Below are positions 8,768 through 19,024 of a stretch of DNA of 64,000 bases, in pieces. The notes beneath the pieces are model-generated. The model searched no databases, was not told the origin of the DNA, and worked only from the letters and a program-made list of their open reading frames with translations. The position numbers and the translations under genes were made by a program. Source of the DNA: an uncultured Bacilli bacterium (GTDB lineage Bacteria > Bacillota_I > Bacilli_A > RF39 > UBA660); NCBI GenBank assembly GCA_947632325.1, contig CANROU010000003.1, positions 8,732-72,731 of the forward strand. Reading direction: 5' to 3'. The number at the start of each line of letters is the position of its first letter. The first letter of the stretch is position 1.

Positions 8768-8805
8768 AAAAAATAACATCACTTTAAATGGTGATGCTGT
8801 TTTTT
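8768..8805 (-). terminator. Intrinsic terminator after hybrid kinase
   Basis: Minus strand AGCATCAC-loop-GTGATGTT followed by T-run. Confidence 0.65.
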
Positions 8806-10633
8806 ATAACATTTCATCAAGAATTAAACTAACTGTTTCTTGAAAGCGAATTTTAGTAAATGGTTTAGCAATATATCCTACGAATCCTTCACTTAAATAT
8901 TTCTCTTCTGCTCCTGCTTCTACATCGGCTGTTACGGCAATAACAGGTGTTTTAAATAAAGGATCCTCTTGTAATTTTTTTAAAGTTTCTACGCCATCCA
9001 TCTCAGGCATCATTATATCCATAAGAATCAAATCATAATTTGTTCCATTATGAATTTTGTCAATCGCTTCTTTCCCAGATGTACACTCATCTATTTCAAA
9101 ATTAAAATCAACTAATGCCATACGGGCAACTTTAATATTCAACTGATTGTCATCGACAATCAATACTCTCTTTTTTGTATGTTTTTTAAATGTAATATCT
9201 TCTTTAATAGCTTGCGTTTTAATAGGATTAATGTTTTTCTGTGGTAATTGAGCCATAAACAAGCTTCCTTTACCATATTGACTTTGTACGTTGATTTTAC
9301 CACCCATCATTTCAACCAAACTTTTGGTAATAGCAAGCCCTAATCCTGTTCCCTCTATCGTTGTATTTAATTCAACATCTAATCTCTCAAACTTATTAAA
9401 CAATTTATCAATATCCTTAGCTTTAATACCTCTACCTGTGTCTTCAACACTGATAAATAATAAACATTTTTCTTTATCATTGATACATTTGATAGTCAAA
9501 TCAACTGTTCCTTTATCTGTATATTTAATAGCATTGGTCAATAAGTTCATAATAATTTCTTTGACATGAACTTTATCACCCAGTAACCTTTCAGGAACAT
9601 CATCCGCTATAACATAATTTAGTTTAATAGGTTTTGATCCAATTTTAGATTGAACCATCTTAATTAAAATTTTTACCTCTTCTCTAAGATCATATTCCAC
9701 TTCTTCAAAAGTCATATGATTACTTTCAATACGATTAATATCCAATATATTACCAACAATCTCAACCAAAGTTCTTGATGCATCTAAAATATCTTCGTTA
9801 TTCTCCACCACATTAGATGGAAGTTGATCTTTATATGTCATATTATCTTCACTAAGTCCCATAATAGCATTAAGAGGTGTCCTAATTTCATGAGACATGC
9901 TTGATAAGAAATCACTCTTGGCTCGATTGGCCTTTTCAGCACTATCTTTGGCTAGATTTAATTGATCAATTAACTTTTTATCTGGATTTTCTATCGTAAA
10001 ATACATTGTATAGCAAATAAATGTTCCAATCATATTAGTAATTAAAATACTAGGATCTATAGAATTTAGCAAAGTCATAAATATTAAACATATAATTACT
10101 AAATATATTGGTAAGTATTTTTTATTTTTTAATTTTTTATAATTTATTAATAACAATATTACATATAAACTGATTTGAACAACAATATATCCTTTAAGCA
10201 CATCAAGTGCTAATCCTTCTATATACATTTTTGATGTATCATAATATCTGGTATATGGAGTAATAAACAAAATTACTGTAATAATTACTTCTACTAAAGC
10301 TACAAATATCTTACTTGTATGAATCTTTTTCTCATAATTCTTTTTTGCTCTATTAAAGCAAATAATAAATACATACATTGTAAATAAAGAATATGATATC
10401 GTTATAGAAATTAAATATAATCTGCAAATAATATCTACTAGTATATAATTTATTCCAAGAGTTCTAACCAATATTTGTAGAGGAATTTCAATCAAATATC
10501 CTATTAAATTAGCCATAAGTATATATTTAAAAATTTTATTTTCTTTAGAAGGAATAACCTCTTTTGGATAAAAAACTGCAATTAAAAGTATTATAAATAT
10601 AGCACCAGTTATTAGATAAATCAAATTCCACAT
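8804..10633 (-). CDS. Membrane-bound hybrid sensor histidine kinase/receiver
   Basis: ~7 TM N-terminus; H-box FLSSMSHEIRTPLN, N-box NLLTNAIKYT, G1 DTGRGI, G2 GTGLGL; receiver VDD...MDIMMPEMDG...KP. Confidence 0.95.
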   Translation of the reverse strand: MWNLIYLITGAIFIILLIAVFYPKEVIPSKENKIFKYILMANLIGYLIEIPLQILVRTLGINYILVDIICRLYLISITISYSLFTMYVFIICFNRAKKNYEKKIHTSKIFVALVEVIITVILFITPYTRYYDTSKMYIEGLALDVLKGYIVVQISLYVILLLINYKKLKNKKYLPIYLVIICLIFMTLLNSIDPSILITNMIGTFICYTMYFTIENPDKKLIDQLNLAKDSAEKANRAKSDFLSSMSHEIRTPLNAIMGLSEDNMTYKDQLPSNVVENNEDILDASRTLVEIVGNILDINRIESNHMTFEEVEYDLREEVKILIKMVQSKIGSKPIKLNYVIADDVPERLLGDKVHVKEIIMNLLTNAIKYTDKGTVDLTIKCINDKEKCLLFISVEDTGRGIKAKDIDKLFNKFERLDVELNTTIEGTGLGLAITKSLVEMMGGKINVQSQYGKGSLFMAQLPQKNINPIKTQAIKEDITFKKHTKKRVLIVDDNQLNIKVARMALVDFNFEIDECTSGKEAIDKIHNGTNYDLILMDIMMPEMDGVETLKKLQEDPLFKTPVIAVTADVEAGAEEKYLSEGFVGYIAKPFTKIRFQETVSLILDEML

Positions 10634-10645
10634 AAATATACCACA

Positions 10646-12649
10646 CTACTTCCTAATCAAAGACTTAACCTTATTATTTGATATTATAACACATTTTGAT
10701 GAGTATTTACCATCTTGATTTAAAGTAAATTCTATATTATGCATTTTGCCACCCTTTACTTGAATATAACCGGATGTTTGCTTTGACATTTTATTCTTAT
10801 CCTTTTTTAATGTTGTTGGAGAATATGGTAACATTAAATCATGAACAGCATATGCTGACACCTCTACTTCATTAGGCAAAAAATCATCTAATTTTTCGTT
10901 CATTTTTTCTATATAATCTTCTTTTTCAGACTCTAATACATTAGCTTCCCAAACAATATGAGCCACTAAATTATTATCATTTTCTTCAGTAGGCATCGGT
11001 AAAACAACAACATCATGTATAAAATCATTTTCCCTTATTTTATTTTCAACATCAAATAAATATAATTCTTTCCCATCACTTAATTTCAAAGAATCATTTG
11101 CTCGTCCCCAAACGTAAAGGAAACCATTTTCATCGATTTCAACTATATCACCAGTTTTAACCCAACCATCTACTAAAATTTGATTAGTTAATTCTGATTT
11201 ATTATAATAGCCTTTCATTTGTGACTTAGCTCTAACCCGCAACTCCCCTCTTTGATTATATGATAATTCATTACCATCTTTATCAAAGACACCAGCAATC
11301 ATACCAGCTTGTATTAAACCGACACTGGCAATTGGTTTGGAATAATTATGTTCAATATCAACTCTATCAATGCTTATTCCAGAAAATGTTTCAGAAAGTC
11401 CATATCCACCATAAATACCATTAGCACCACAATTATGCATTATATTATTCCATTTTTCAAAGCTTTTAATATTAGTTCCTTCACCGCCAACCATCCAACC
11501 TTTAGCATATTCAAAATTAAATTTTTTACCTTGTTGCATTTCTTGAGTAATGCGATTAAAAAACGCTTCCCACATACTACTAGTGTTTATACAAATATTT
11601 GGCTTTAATTTTACTAATTGATTATAAAAATCTTTTTCTGATACTCTTGGATCAATAATAACGGTTGCGCCATTCATTAAAGCAACTAAAAACAAAGAAT
11701 TTAATGATGTAGATGCAGTAGGTGGAAAGTGATTTAATGTTCTATACCCTTTTTTATATGGTATATCAGAATATGTAGTACTATACATTTGTGAAATTAT
11801 TGATTCATTTGTTGCTACTACACCTTTTACAAGTCCACCAGTGGTACCACTGGAAGAAGTTATAACAGCATCTCTATTTTTTACAAATGGAACTTTCACT
11901 TCACCAGTATAATACTCAGCCATCTTTTTAGCTTGATCAACCCATATATATTTTTTATAATCTGGTATTTTGGATTTATCTTTCATAGATTGTATTTTAC
12001 TTAAAAATGAAACAATTTGTTTTTTAGGGCTAGGCATATTTGCCCAAGCCGTGGCAACTATAACATTTTTAAATTTATCTTTTTCAAACTCTAACGCAAC
12101 ATTAGGCCACATTTCGTCAAAAACAATTGCTATTTTTGCTGCTCTTGTTTCTTCTTCTAAAGCTTTTTGGCTCATAGCTAATTTTAAGAAATAAGGGCAA
12201 GCACCTATCATATTAAGCGCAAAAAACATGGCACATATATCAGGTACAAATGGTCCATATATTGGAACAATTTCATTTTCTTCAATACCAATAGCTCTAA
12301 AAGTTTTAGCCCATGTATAACACAAGTCTATGAATTCTTGTTTGGAAAAAACCTTTCCAAAATATTCAAGTGCTGGTACATCGTAAAATTCCAACAATTT
12401 TTCTTCTATAACATCCCAAACGGTTTTTTCAACAGGAATATTGTTAGCTAAATTTTCTGCGCCTTCTTTATAATACTTTAACCATACCTTATCAACAGAA
12501 GGATATCCTGTTAATCCTTTAGAAAAATATATGGCCAGTTCTTTAGGCATATTTACTATGGATTTAATTACCTCTATTTCTTGAATATTATTTTCCTCTA
12601 CTGCTTTAGTTAATCTTTTCTTAAGATCTAATAGAAATTCTTTTTTCAA
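10646..12649 (-). CDS. Class I adenylate-forming (AMP-binding, acyl-CoA ligase-like) enzyme
   Basis: P-loop SSGTTG..KG, YGLSE, GELRVR...MKGYY, GWVKTGD, GR..D, C-terminal PYSPTTLKKD. Confidence 0.88.
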   Translation of the reverse strand: MKKEFLLDLKKRLTKAVEENNIQEIEVIKSIVNMPKELAIYFSKGLTGYPSVDKVWLKYYKEGAENLANNIPVEKTVWDVIEEKLLEFYDVPALEYFGKVFSKQEFIDLCYTWAKTFRAIGIEENEIVPIYGPFVPDICAMFFALNMIGACPYFLKLAMSQKALEEETRAAKIAIVFDEMWPNVALEFEKDKFKNVIVATAWANMPSPKKQIVSFLSKIQSMKDKSKIPDYKKYIWVDQAKKMAEYYTGEVKVPFVKNRDAVITSSSGTTGGLVKGVVATNESIISQMYSTTYSDIPYKKGYRTLNHFPPTASTSLNSLFLVALMNGATVIIDPRVSEKDFYNQLVKLKPNICINTSSMWEAFFNRITQEMQQGKKFNFEYAKGWMVGGEGTNIKSFEKWNNIMHNCGANGIYGGYGLSETFSGISIDRVDIEHNYSKPIASVGLIQAGMIAGVFDKDGNELSYNQRGELRVRAKSQMKGYYNKSELTNQILVDGWVKTGDIVEIDENGFLYVWGRANDSLKLSDGKELYLFDVENKIRENDFIHDVVVLPMPTEENDNNLVAHIVWEANVLESEKEDYIEKMNEKLDDFLPNEVEVSAYAVHDLMLPYSPTTLKKDKNKMSKQTSGYIQVKGGKMHNIEFTLNQDGKYSSKCVIISNNKVKSLIRK

Positions 12650-12693
12650 TCTAATTTCCCCCTATTTGTTAACATAAGATTTACTGCAAGATT

Positions 12694-12722
12694 ATTCTAG
12701 CATTTTTTCTTCTTCACGTCAA
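12694..12722 (-). promoter_or_regulatory. sigma-A promoter for the AMP-binding/kinase operon
   Basis: TTGACG-N17-TAGAAT with TG extension on minus strand. Confidence 0.7.
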
Positions 12723-12742
12723 ATATTCCTTTTATTAAACCA

Positions 12743-12768
12743 AAATAAAGATCATAAGATCTTTATTT
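12743..12768 (-). terminator. Intrinsic terminator after dacF
   Basis: AAATAAAGATC-ATAA-GATCTTTATTT perfect inverted repeat (AT-rich stem). Confidence 0.5.
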
Positions 12769-12822
12769 ATTTAATATAATTATAAAACTTCCTTAATAAG
12801 CAAATAACTTAAACCTTTACCC

Positions 12823-13986
12823 TTATAGTCTTATTGAAATATCACCTGTTACAATATCTTCAAAATTTTTTAATAATAATCTTAAAAAGCTACTCTTTTT
12901 TAAATCTTCTTCGGGTGTAACTGATATTTCTTCAACCACTTTATTATTATCCAATATTTGAGCCTTACCAATAACATCTCCTGCTTTAATAGGCAAAGTT
13001 ATATTATCTAATTTAACCTTAATCTCATACTTCTTATCATCTTCCGCTTTTTTCTGTAAAATACCCGCGTCATTTTTTAAAATAATATTTATTTTTTCTT
13101 TATCAGCTTTATCTAAAGAAAGTTGTCCTACTACATCACCTTTCTTTTTTAATAATTGCATTTCATAATTACTAAAACCATAATCTAATAAATTCATAGT
13201 TTCTTGATTTCTTACTTTACTAACTTCTTCTCCTAAAACGATAGCAATTAATCGCATATTATTTCTTTTAGCTGTACCAGCGAGACAATATAAGGCATTA
13301 TCGGTATGTCCCGTTTTTAGTCCATCAGCGCCTTCATAAAAACGTACTAATTTATTAGTGTTAACTAACCAAAATTTATTAGGAGTATCTGTGCGTAAAT
13401 AATCTTCATATACTCCTGAAAAATTCAGTATCTCCTCATGTTGCAACAATTCTTGGGCAATCATAGCCAGATCATACGCTGTCGAATAATGATTTTCTTC
13501 ATCTAACCCTGTACTATTAACAAAATGCGTATTTTTTAATCCTAATTGCTTAACTTTATCATTCATCATCTTGACAAAATTTTGTTCTGTTCCCCCAATT
13601 TTCTCAGCCATGGCCACTGTTGCATCATTAGCGCTAGCCATAGAAATACCTTTCATCAAATCACGAATGCTCATCACTTCTCCGGTGGATAAATAAATTT
13701 GACTACCACCCATTCCTGATGCATTTTCACTAGCAGTAACCTTATCCTCCCATTTTAGCTTTCCTTGCTCTATTTGTTCTAAAATTATAATTTGAGCGAC
13801 CATTTTTGTTAATGATGCCATTGGCAATTTCTCATCTTTATTCTTTTCAAATAATATTTTTTTAGTCGTTGCCTCTATCAAAATACCACTTTTAGCCCCT
13901 GCTAGTAATTCAGTACCTTGCGCCCTAACTTTAGTAACAGGCAATAAAACACTTAAAATTAATAATATTAGAAGGAATTTCTTCAT
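12823..13986 (-). CDS. dacF: D-alanyl-D-alanine carboxypeptidase (S11), DacF-like
   Basis: SxxK (ASLTK), SxN (SAND), KTG; DacF-typical GGSQIYL and WLVNTNKLVRFYEGADGLKTG. Confidence 0.85.
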   Translation of the reverse strand: MKKFLLILLILSVLLPVTKVRAQGTELLAGAKSGILIEATTKKILFEKNKDEKLPMASLTKMVAQIIILEQIEQGKLKWEDKVTASENASGMGGSQIYLSTGEVMSIRDLMKGISMASANDATVAMAEKIGGTEQNFVKMMNDKVKQLGLKNTHFVNSTGLDEENHYSTAYDLAMIAQELLQHEEILNFSGVYEDYLRTDTPNKFWLVNTNKLVRFYEGADGLKTGHTDNALYCLAGTAKRNNMRLIAIVLGEEVSKVRNQETMNLLDYGFSNYEMQLLKKKGDVVGQLSLDKADKEKINIILKNDAGILQKKAEDDKKYEIKVKLDNITLPIKAGDVIGKAQILDNNKVVEEISVTPEEDLKKSSFLRLLLKNFEDIVTGDISIRL

Positions 13987-14101
13987 ATCATCACTCCTAT
14001 AACCATCTTTATGTTAATTAATAAATATCTATGAATATTTCCTGTTATTTTTTGTCATAAATAATCGTTTTTATGATACTATTAAAAAGAAGGAGGAACC
14101 C

Positions 14102-14974
14102 ATGAAGAAAACATTATTACCTTTTATTATTATAATTATATTAATTATCAGTGGCAGTATTTATTGGCTCAAAAAACAAAATATAACTAAAGAAGAAACT
14201 CCTACAGAAGATACTTATACTAAAGAAGAAAAAGAAAAATTAGCTAAGTTAGATAATATTAACGAAAAAATTGATTATTTCAATATGGATTACTTATCAC
14301 GATATCTTACTTATCAACAAAAAAATCCTAATTTAAAAATAGAAGATATTATTACAAGAGTCAATATTGGTCTAGATCAACCCTATTACACCAATGTTAA
14401 AATGGCGCCCTATTTAAACCAAATTTACATTCTTAGCAATAAATATTTAGCTTTAGGCGAAAATTATGTTCCAGATAATTTAGAAACTTTATCTAGTGAA
14501 TGTGCCAGAAGTGGTATGCAACTAGTTCATGAAGCCAAAGAAAAGTTTGAAGAATTGTGCCTAGCAGCTAAAAAAGATGGTTATACTATTCGAGCCATGT
14601 CCAGTTATCGTGATTATAATTATCAATTAAATCTATATAACCGTTATGTAAAACAAGATGGCAAAGAAGCCGCTGATACTTATTCTGCTCGTGCTGGTCA
14701 TTCTGAACATCAAACAGGATTAGTAGTAGATGTTGATAATAATCAAATTGACTATACTTTATTTGAACAAACAAAGGAATATAAGTGGATGCAAGAAAAC
14801 GCTTATAAATATGGCTTCATCATGCGCTATCCTAAAGATAAAGACAATATCACGGGTTATGAATATGAATCATGGCATTATCGTTATGTAGGAAAAGAGA
14901 TTGCTACTTACATTAAAAATAATAATATCACTTTTGATGAATATTATGTTAGATTTATTGAAAACAAAAAATAG
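14102..14974 (+). CDS. M15B zinc carboxypeptidase (VanY/LdcB family), membrane-anchored
   Basis: SSYR, SARAGHSEHQTGLVVD, YESWHYRYVG; N-terminal TM. Confidence 0.9.
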   Translation: MKKTLLPFIIIIILIISGSIYWLKKQNITKEETPTEDTYTKEEKEKLAKLDNINEKIDYFNMDYLSRYLTYQQKNPNLKIEDIITRVNIGLDQPYYTNVKMAPYLNQIYILSNKYLALGENYVPDNLETLSSECARSGMQLVHEAKEKFEELCLAAKKDGYTIRAMSSYRDYNYQLNLYNRYVKQDGKEAADTYSARAGHSEHQTGLVVDVDNNQIDYTLFEQTKEYKWMQENAYKYGFIMRYPKDKDNITGYEYESWHYRYVGKEIATYIKNNNITFDEYYVRFIENKK

Positions 14975-14992
14975 AAGCCGAAGCTTCTTTTT
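14973..14992. terminator. Bidirectional terminator between convergent genes
   Basis: AGAAGC-CGAA-GCTTCT flanked by A- and T-runs. Confidence 0.7.
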
Positions 14993-15990
14993 TATTCCTT
15001 AACCATCCAAAAAGTAGGTAATTTTCGTAGTCCATTTTTACCACTAGCTACAGGATGGTTAATAATCTTATTATTAATCACCAATGAAGTAGAACTACCA
15101 CCATCTAAATTAGCCGCATTATAAGCACCATAACGTTGCATAATCTTAGTTAAGTCTAACATATCAGCTCCAATACTACTAACTATTCGACCATCTATAA
15201 CCACTAGTAAAACAATACCATCTTTTCTTTGACCAATGGCTGTTCGAGGCGCAATTCCCCAACCACCATTACCACTGATAAATGATGCCTTTCCATTAAC
15301 AATTAAAAAAGGTCCAAATTCAATCGCGTCACGATATTTAATGGTTAATGCTTCTTCAGTAGTCATTTTACCTAATATCAATTTATTATCATAATTAAAA
15401 CCAATAAAGCCACCACCTACAGGAGCATCACTATAATCACTAATAACTTTACCATCTTTAATTACCGTACCATGTGCCATACCACCTTCACTACTAAAAT
15501 TAAGATCATAAAACCCACTTGCGTTTATTACTACTTTAGCTTTATAATCTTTTGCTATTTCTAAAGTAGTTTGACCTTTATTTCCTAAATATTTACTAGT
15601 AGCCAAAACTACTTTTGAAGGATCATAAATGGCCACTAAATAACCTCTATATCCTAATCCCTTTATAGAAAGTACTTTATATAAGTCATTCCCCTTGTCT
15701 TTAGTCAAGATTTGTTTATCATAAACAGATGCATTATAAGTTTTACTCATATCAATTAATTCGGGTTTTGTTATACCAACAACCTCTTCTATTTTATTTT
15801 TATCAAGCACTTTTTGAATCGTTTCATCACTATAAAACCACGTAGCTAAATATTGATGATTTTTACTAGTCATAGCCGTAGTAATTAAAGTATCCCTAAT
15901 ATAACTATATGGTCCATAAAGTAAAAACAATCCTATTACTATTGTACTTATAATTATAGTGAAAATTATTTTCTTTTTACTTATTTTCAT
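14992..15990 (-). CDS. Phosphodiester glycosidase (NAGPA/EpsL family)
   Basis: INASGF, PRTAIGQRKDG, IDGR, NLDGGSS; N-terminal TM. Confidence 0.9.
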   Translation of the reverse strand: MKISKKKIIFTIIISTIVIGLFLLYGPYSYIRDTLITTAMTSKNHQYLATWFYSDETIQKVLDKNKIEEVVGITKPELIDMSKTYNASVYDKQILTKDKGNDLYKVLSIKGLGYRGYLVAIYDPSKVVLATSKYLGNKGQTTLEIAKDYKAKVVINASGFYDLNFSSEGGMAHGTVIKDGKVISDYSDAPVGGGFIGFNYDNKLILGKMTTEEALTIKYRDAIEFGPFLIVNGKASFISGNGGWGIAPRTAIGQRKDGIVLLVVIDGRIVSSIGADMLDLTKIMQRYGAYNAANLDGGSSTSLVINNKIINHPVASGKNGLRKLPTFWMVKE

Positions 15991-16016
15991 TTAATTTCAT
16001 CCTTAATAACAACTAA

Positions 16017-17468
16017 TTATTTGTGATAGAAAATAAAATATTGCCAATGGTTATCTATCAAATTAACTTTAACATCTTTATCTATATGATAATATTCCTT
16101 AAATTTTTCTAAGTGATAACTATTTTCAGGATTAATATTACAATTAACATAATAAGGATATTTAACAATATTTAGTATCTTTTGTTTATCTTCCTTCATC
16201 TTTTTAATTATCTGTTCATTATCATAATTTAATCTAGCCACATTAATATATAAAATACCATAAAAACATATACCTACTAGCAATACAACCGATAATATCC
16301 TAATAATCAATTTATGCTCTGTAATATATTTGTCTATAATTATTAAAGCAGAAAGGCAAAGAAAAACATAAGAACCAAAATCAGTTCTAAACCCCCATGT
16401 TGGAGAAATAAGCATCACTAAATTACTAACTAATCCTAACATAAAGAAAAATAAACCTTTAATATCCTTCATTTGTTTATAATTATATAATAACAATATA
16501 AAGTACATGATAGTAAAAACTATAAAGTACAAGATAACACCAATATTATTTTGATAATTAAAAGATATTCCTTTTATACAAGCAAAAAGATAATATAAAG
16601 TTATTATGAAAGCTGGAATAGATAAAATATATATTCCTATTTTAAATATTTTAGATGAAATAGCTTTCGCTAAATAATAAATAGTTAAACATAAAAGTAC
16701 AACTAGATAAGGATTAACAATATATGTATAATATACAAAATTAGGTAAATTATAACTAATCTTAGCTAATAGATTCAACTTATTAAAGTATGGATTTTCA
16801 ATCATACTACGCTTCATTGATCCAGGACTGATTAATACAATAACTAAACCTAATAGGGAACACAATAAATAACATAATATAGCTTTATTTAATTTTTTGT
16901 TTTTTAGATAATCAAATAATAATAAACATATATTAGCAAACACTAAACATACTCCCATATGTTCCACAAATAAAGGCATAATAATATTAAGAAAAGATAA
17001 TAATACAATCATTTTATAGCTATATTTTTTATGATGATAAACAATATATAAATAACCAAGTAAAAGAGGAATGACAAATAAATAAGTAATATTTCCGGCA
17101 ACCCAAACAATCACTTGTGAAAAGGTAAAAACATTCATCCCTAAAATTACAAATGTGGTTAATAAAAACATGGTTTTAGGATGACGAGGTTTAATGATTT
17201 GCATAATCAAATAAATAATAGACACTATTAAAACAGCATTAACAATATTCCATAAAAATTTATGGTAAGTAAAAAAATTAATTAAAAGGCGACTAATTAT
17301 CCTACTTTCCCAATCAAAATACATTCCTAAAGCTTGCCCTATCATGTGACGAAAGCCTAGGCTACCTACTAGATAGTTACCCCAATCATCACCACTAATA
17401 GGACTTAAAAACAAAAGAAAACAAAAGAAGATAATCAATAATATATATTTAATGTAATCCTTTTTCAT
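16017..17468 (-). CDS. Polytopic membrane protein, DUF6056/GT-C-like glycosyltransferase
   Basis: P..GDDW, W.SR, W..G...Y, SPG...R motifs; many TM helices; downstream of gtrB-like gene. Confidence 0.65.
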   Translation of the reverse strand: MKKDYIKYILLIIFFCFLLFLSPISGDDWGNYLVGSLGFRHMIGQALGMYFDWESRIISRLLINFFTYHKFLWNIVNAVLIVSIIYLIMQIIKPRHPKTMFLLTTFVILGMNVFTFSQVIVWVAGNITYLFVIPLLLGYLYIVYHHKKYSYKMIVLLSFLNIIMPLFVEHMGVCLVFANICLLLFDYLKNKKLNKAILCYLLCSLLGLVIVLISPGSMKRSMIENPYFNKLNLLAKISYNLPNFVYYTYIVNPYLVVLLCLTIYYLAKAISSKIFKIGIYILSIPAFIITLYYLFACIKGISFNYQNNIGVILYFIVFTIMYFILLLYNYKQMKDIKGLFFFMLGLVSNLVMLISPTWGFRTDFGSYVFLCLSALIIIDKYITEHKLIIRILSVVLLVGICFYGILYINVARLNYDNEQIIKKMKEDKQKILNIVKYPYYVNCNINPENSYHLEKFKEYYHIDKDVKVNLIDNHWQYFIFYHK

Positions 17469-17483
17469 AACATTTATCCTCTA

Positions 17484-18434
17484 TTAGTTATGTTCTTTCG
17501 TAGTTACATTGTCCATCTCTTTAACAATATAAATAGGTCTATTCTTAGTTTCTAAATAAGTTTTAGATAAATAAGCACCAATAACACCAATACAGAACAA
17601 TTGAATACCACTTAGAAAAAACATAATACAAACCATACTAGGCCATCCACCTACAGGATCACCAAAACACAAAGTTTTAATGATGATAACCACAATCATT
17701 ATAAAGGAAATAACACAAAATAGACTACCTATTAATACCGCTATCATTAAAGGAGCTGTTGAAAAGGCAATTATTCCATCAAAACCATAAAGTAATAACT
17801 TCCAAAAATTCCATTTAGTCGCTCCCGCAACTCTTTGAACATTTTCATATTCTAACCATTTTGTTTTAAACCCAACAAAACTAAATAATCCCTTAGAATA
17901 ACGATTATATTCTTTCATAGACAAAATAGCCTCAACCATTTGTCTAGTCATCAAGCGAAAATCTCTCGCACCGTCTACCATTTCTACTTTACTCATCTTA
18001 TTGATAATCTTATAAAAACATCTGGCAAAAAAACTCCTAATAGGCGGTTCACCACGTCTAGTAACACGTCGAGTAGCTACACAATCATAATCTTCTTTTT
18101 TAATAATGTTATACATTTCTTTTATCAAATATGGCGGATCTTGTAAGTCAACATCCATAGTAGCTACATAGTCACCTGTGGCATGTTCTAATCCAGCATA
18201 AATAGCGGCTTCTTTCCCAAAATTTCTAGAAAAAGATAAGTATTTGATGGTTTTATCCTTTTTAGACAGTTGACGTAAGATCGTCAAAGTATCATCACTA
18301 CTACCATCGTCTATAAATAATACTTCATAAGTTATTTTTTTCATATCTTTAAATACTTTTTTTATTTCCTCATAAAATAATGGTATGGTAGCTTCTTCGT
18401 TATAACAAGGAACTATAATCGATATTTTTTCCAT
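17484..18434 (-). CDS. GtrB-like bactoprenol glycosyltransferase (GT2)
   Basis: IIVPCYNEE, DDGSSD, SRNFGKEAA, DVDLQDPP, DFRLM, two C-terminal TMs, RPIYIV; start refined to 18434. Confidence 0.9.
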   Translation of the reverse strand: MEKISIIVPCYNEEATIPLFYEEIKKVFKDMKKITYEVLFIDDGSSDDTLTILRQLSKKDKTIKYLSFSRNFGKEAAIYAGLEHATGDYVATMDVDLQDPPYLIKEMYNIIKKEDYDCVATRRVTRRGEPPIRSFFARCFYKIINKMSKVEMVDGARDFRLMTRQMVEAILSMKEYNRYSKGLFSFVGFKTKWLEYENVQRVAGATKWNFWKLLLYGFDGIIAFSTAPLMIAVLIGSLFCVISFIMIVVIIIKTLCFGDPVGGWPSMVCIMFFLSGIQLFCIGVIGAYLSKTYLETKNRPIYIVKEMDNVTTKEHN

Positions 18435-18463
18435 ACTTTTCACCTCTTTTAGTTTGCTTATTA

Positions 18464-18943
18464 TCATATATTATCTATATATTCTTCTATTATAGTAATA
18501 ACATTTTGTGTATTACTTTTAAAAGGTTTAGGAACAAAATGTTCAGCTTTTTTTAACACACTAGCAAAACGATTTAAATCTTTTAAAGCTATAAGATAGC
18601 CTCTACGAGAAAATTGTTCAATAATTTGCAATTGATGATCATTAGTATGTTCCTTATACTTAGCTAACCTTGGCACCGCAATAACTTTTTTACCAAGTTT
18701 AAGACCTTCTGTTATAGAGCCAACACCTCCATGGGTGATCAATATATCGCATTTTTTCATCAATTTTTGTAATTCACAATTAGGCATAAAGTCAAAGATC
18801 TGCATATTGTTACTATCATATTTTGTATGACCAGCTTGAACAATTACCTCATCTTTAATAACACCTTTTTCTATTTGCTTATCAATAGCTTCTAATAATC
18901 GTTGGAAACTTTTATCCTGTGTTCCTAATGTAACTAATATCAT
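18464..18943 (-). CDS. PssE/Cps14G (Alg13-like) glycosyltransferase subunit
   Basis: ILVTLGTQ..F.RL, ITHGGVGSI, VPRL..Y.EH.NDHQ. Confidence 0.9.
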   Translation of the reverse strand: MILVTLGTQDKSFQRLLEAIDKQIEKGVIKDEVIVQAGHTKYDSNNMQIFDFMPNCELQKLMKKCDILITHGGVGSITEGLKLGKKVIAVPRLAKYKEHTNDHQLQIIEQFSRRGYLIALKDLNRFASVLKKAEHFVPKPFKSNTQNVITIIEEYIDNI

Positions 18944-18962
18944 AAAATCATCCTTCACCAAA

Positions 18963-18991
18963 ATTATACTACAACCATCTATGTTTGTCTA
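18963..18991 (-). promoter_or_regulatory. sigma-A promoter for pssE-like gene
   Basis: TAGACA-N17-TATAAT on minus strand. Confidence 0.6.
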
Positions 18992-19024
18992 ATTGATAAA
19001 TAAGACCTTGACAATGTCAAGATC

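Noticed and set aside
8804-10633. Hybrid kinase as a direct replacement for SpoIIAB (both GHKL fold)
   Set aside because: It has a canonical His-kinase H-box and receiver, sits in a separate transcription unit, and the STAS protein lacks the target Ser
14102-14974. VanY-like gene as vancomycin resistance
   Set aside because: No vanHAX/vanRS nearby; best explained as a housekeeping M15B carboxypeptidase
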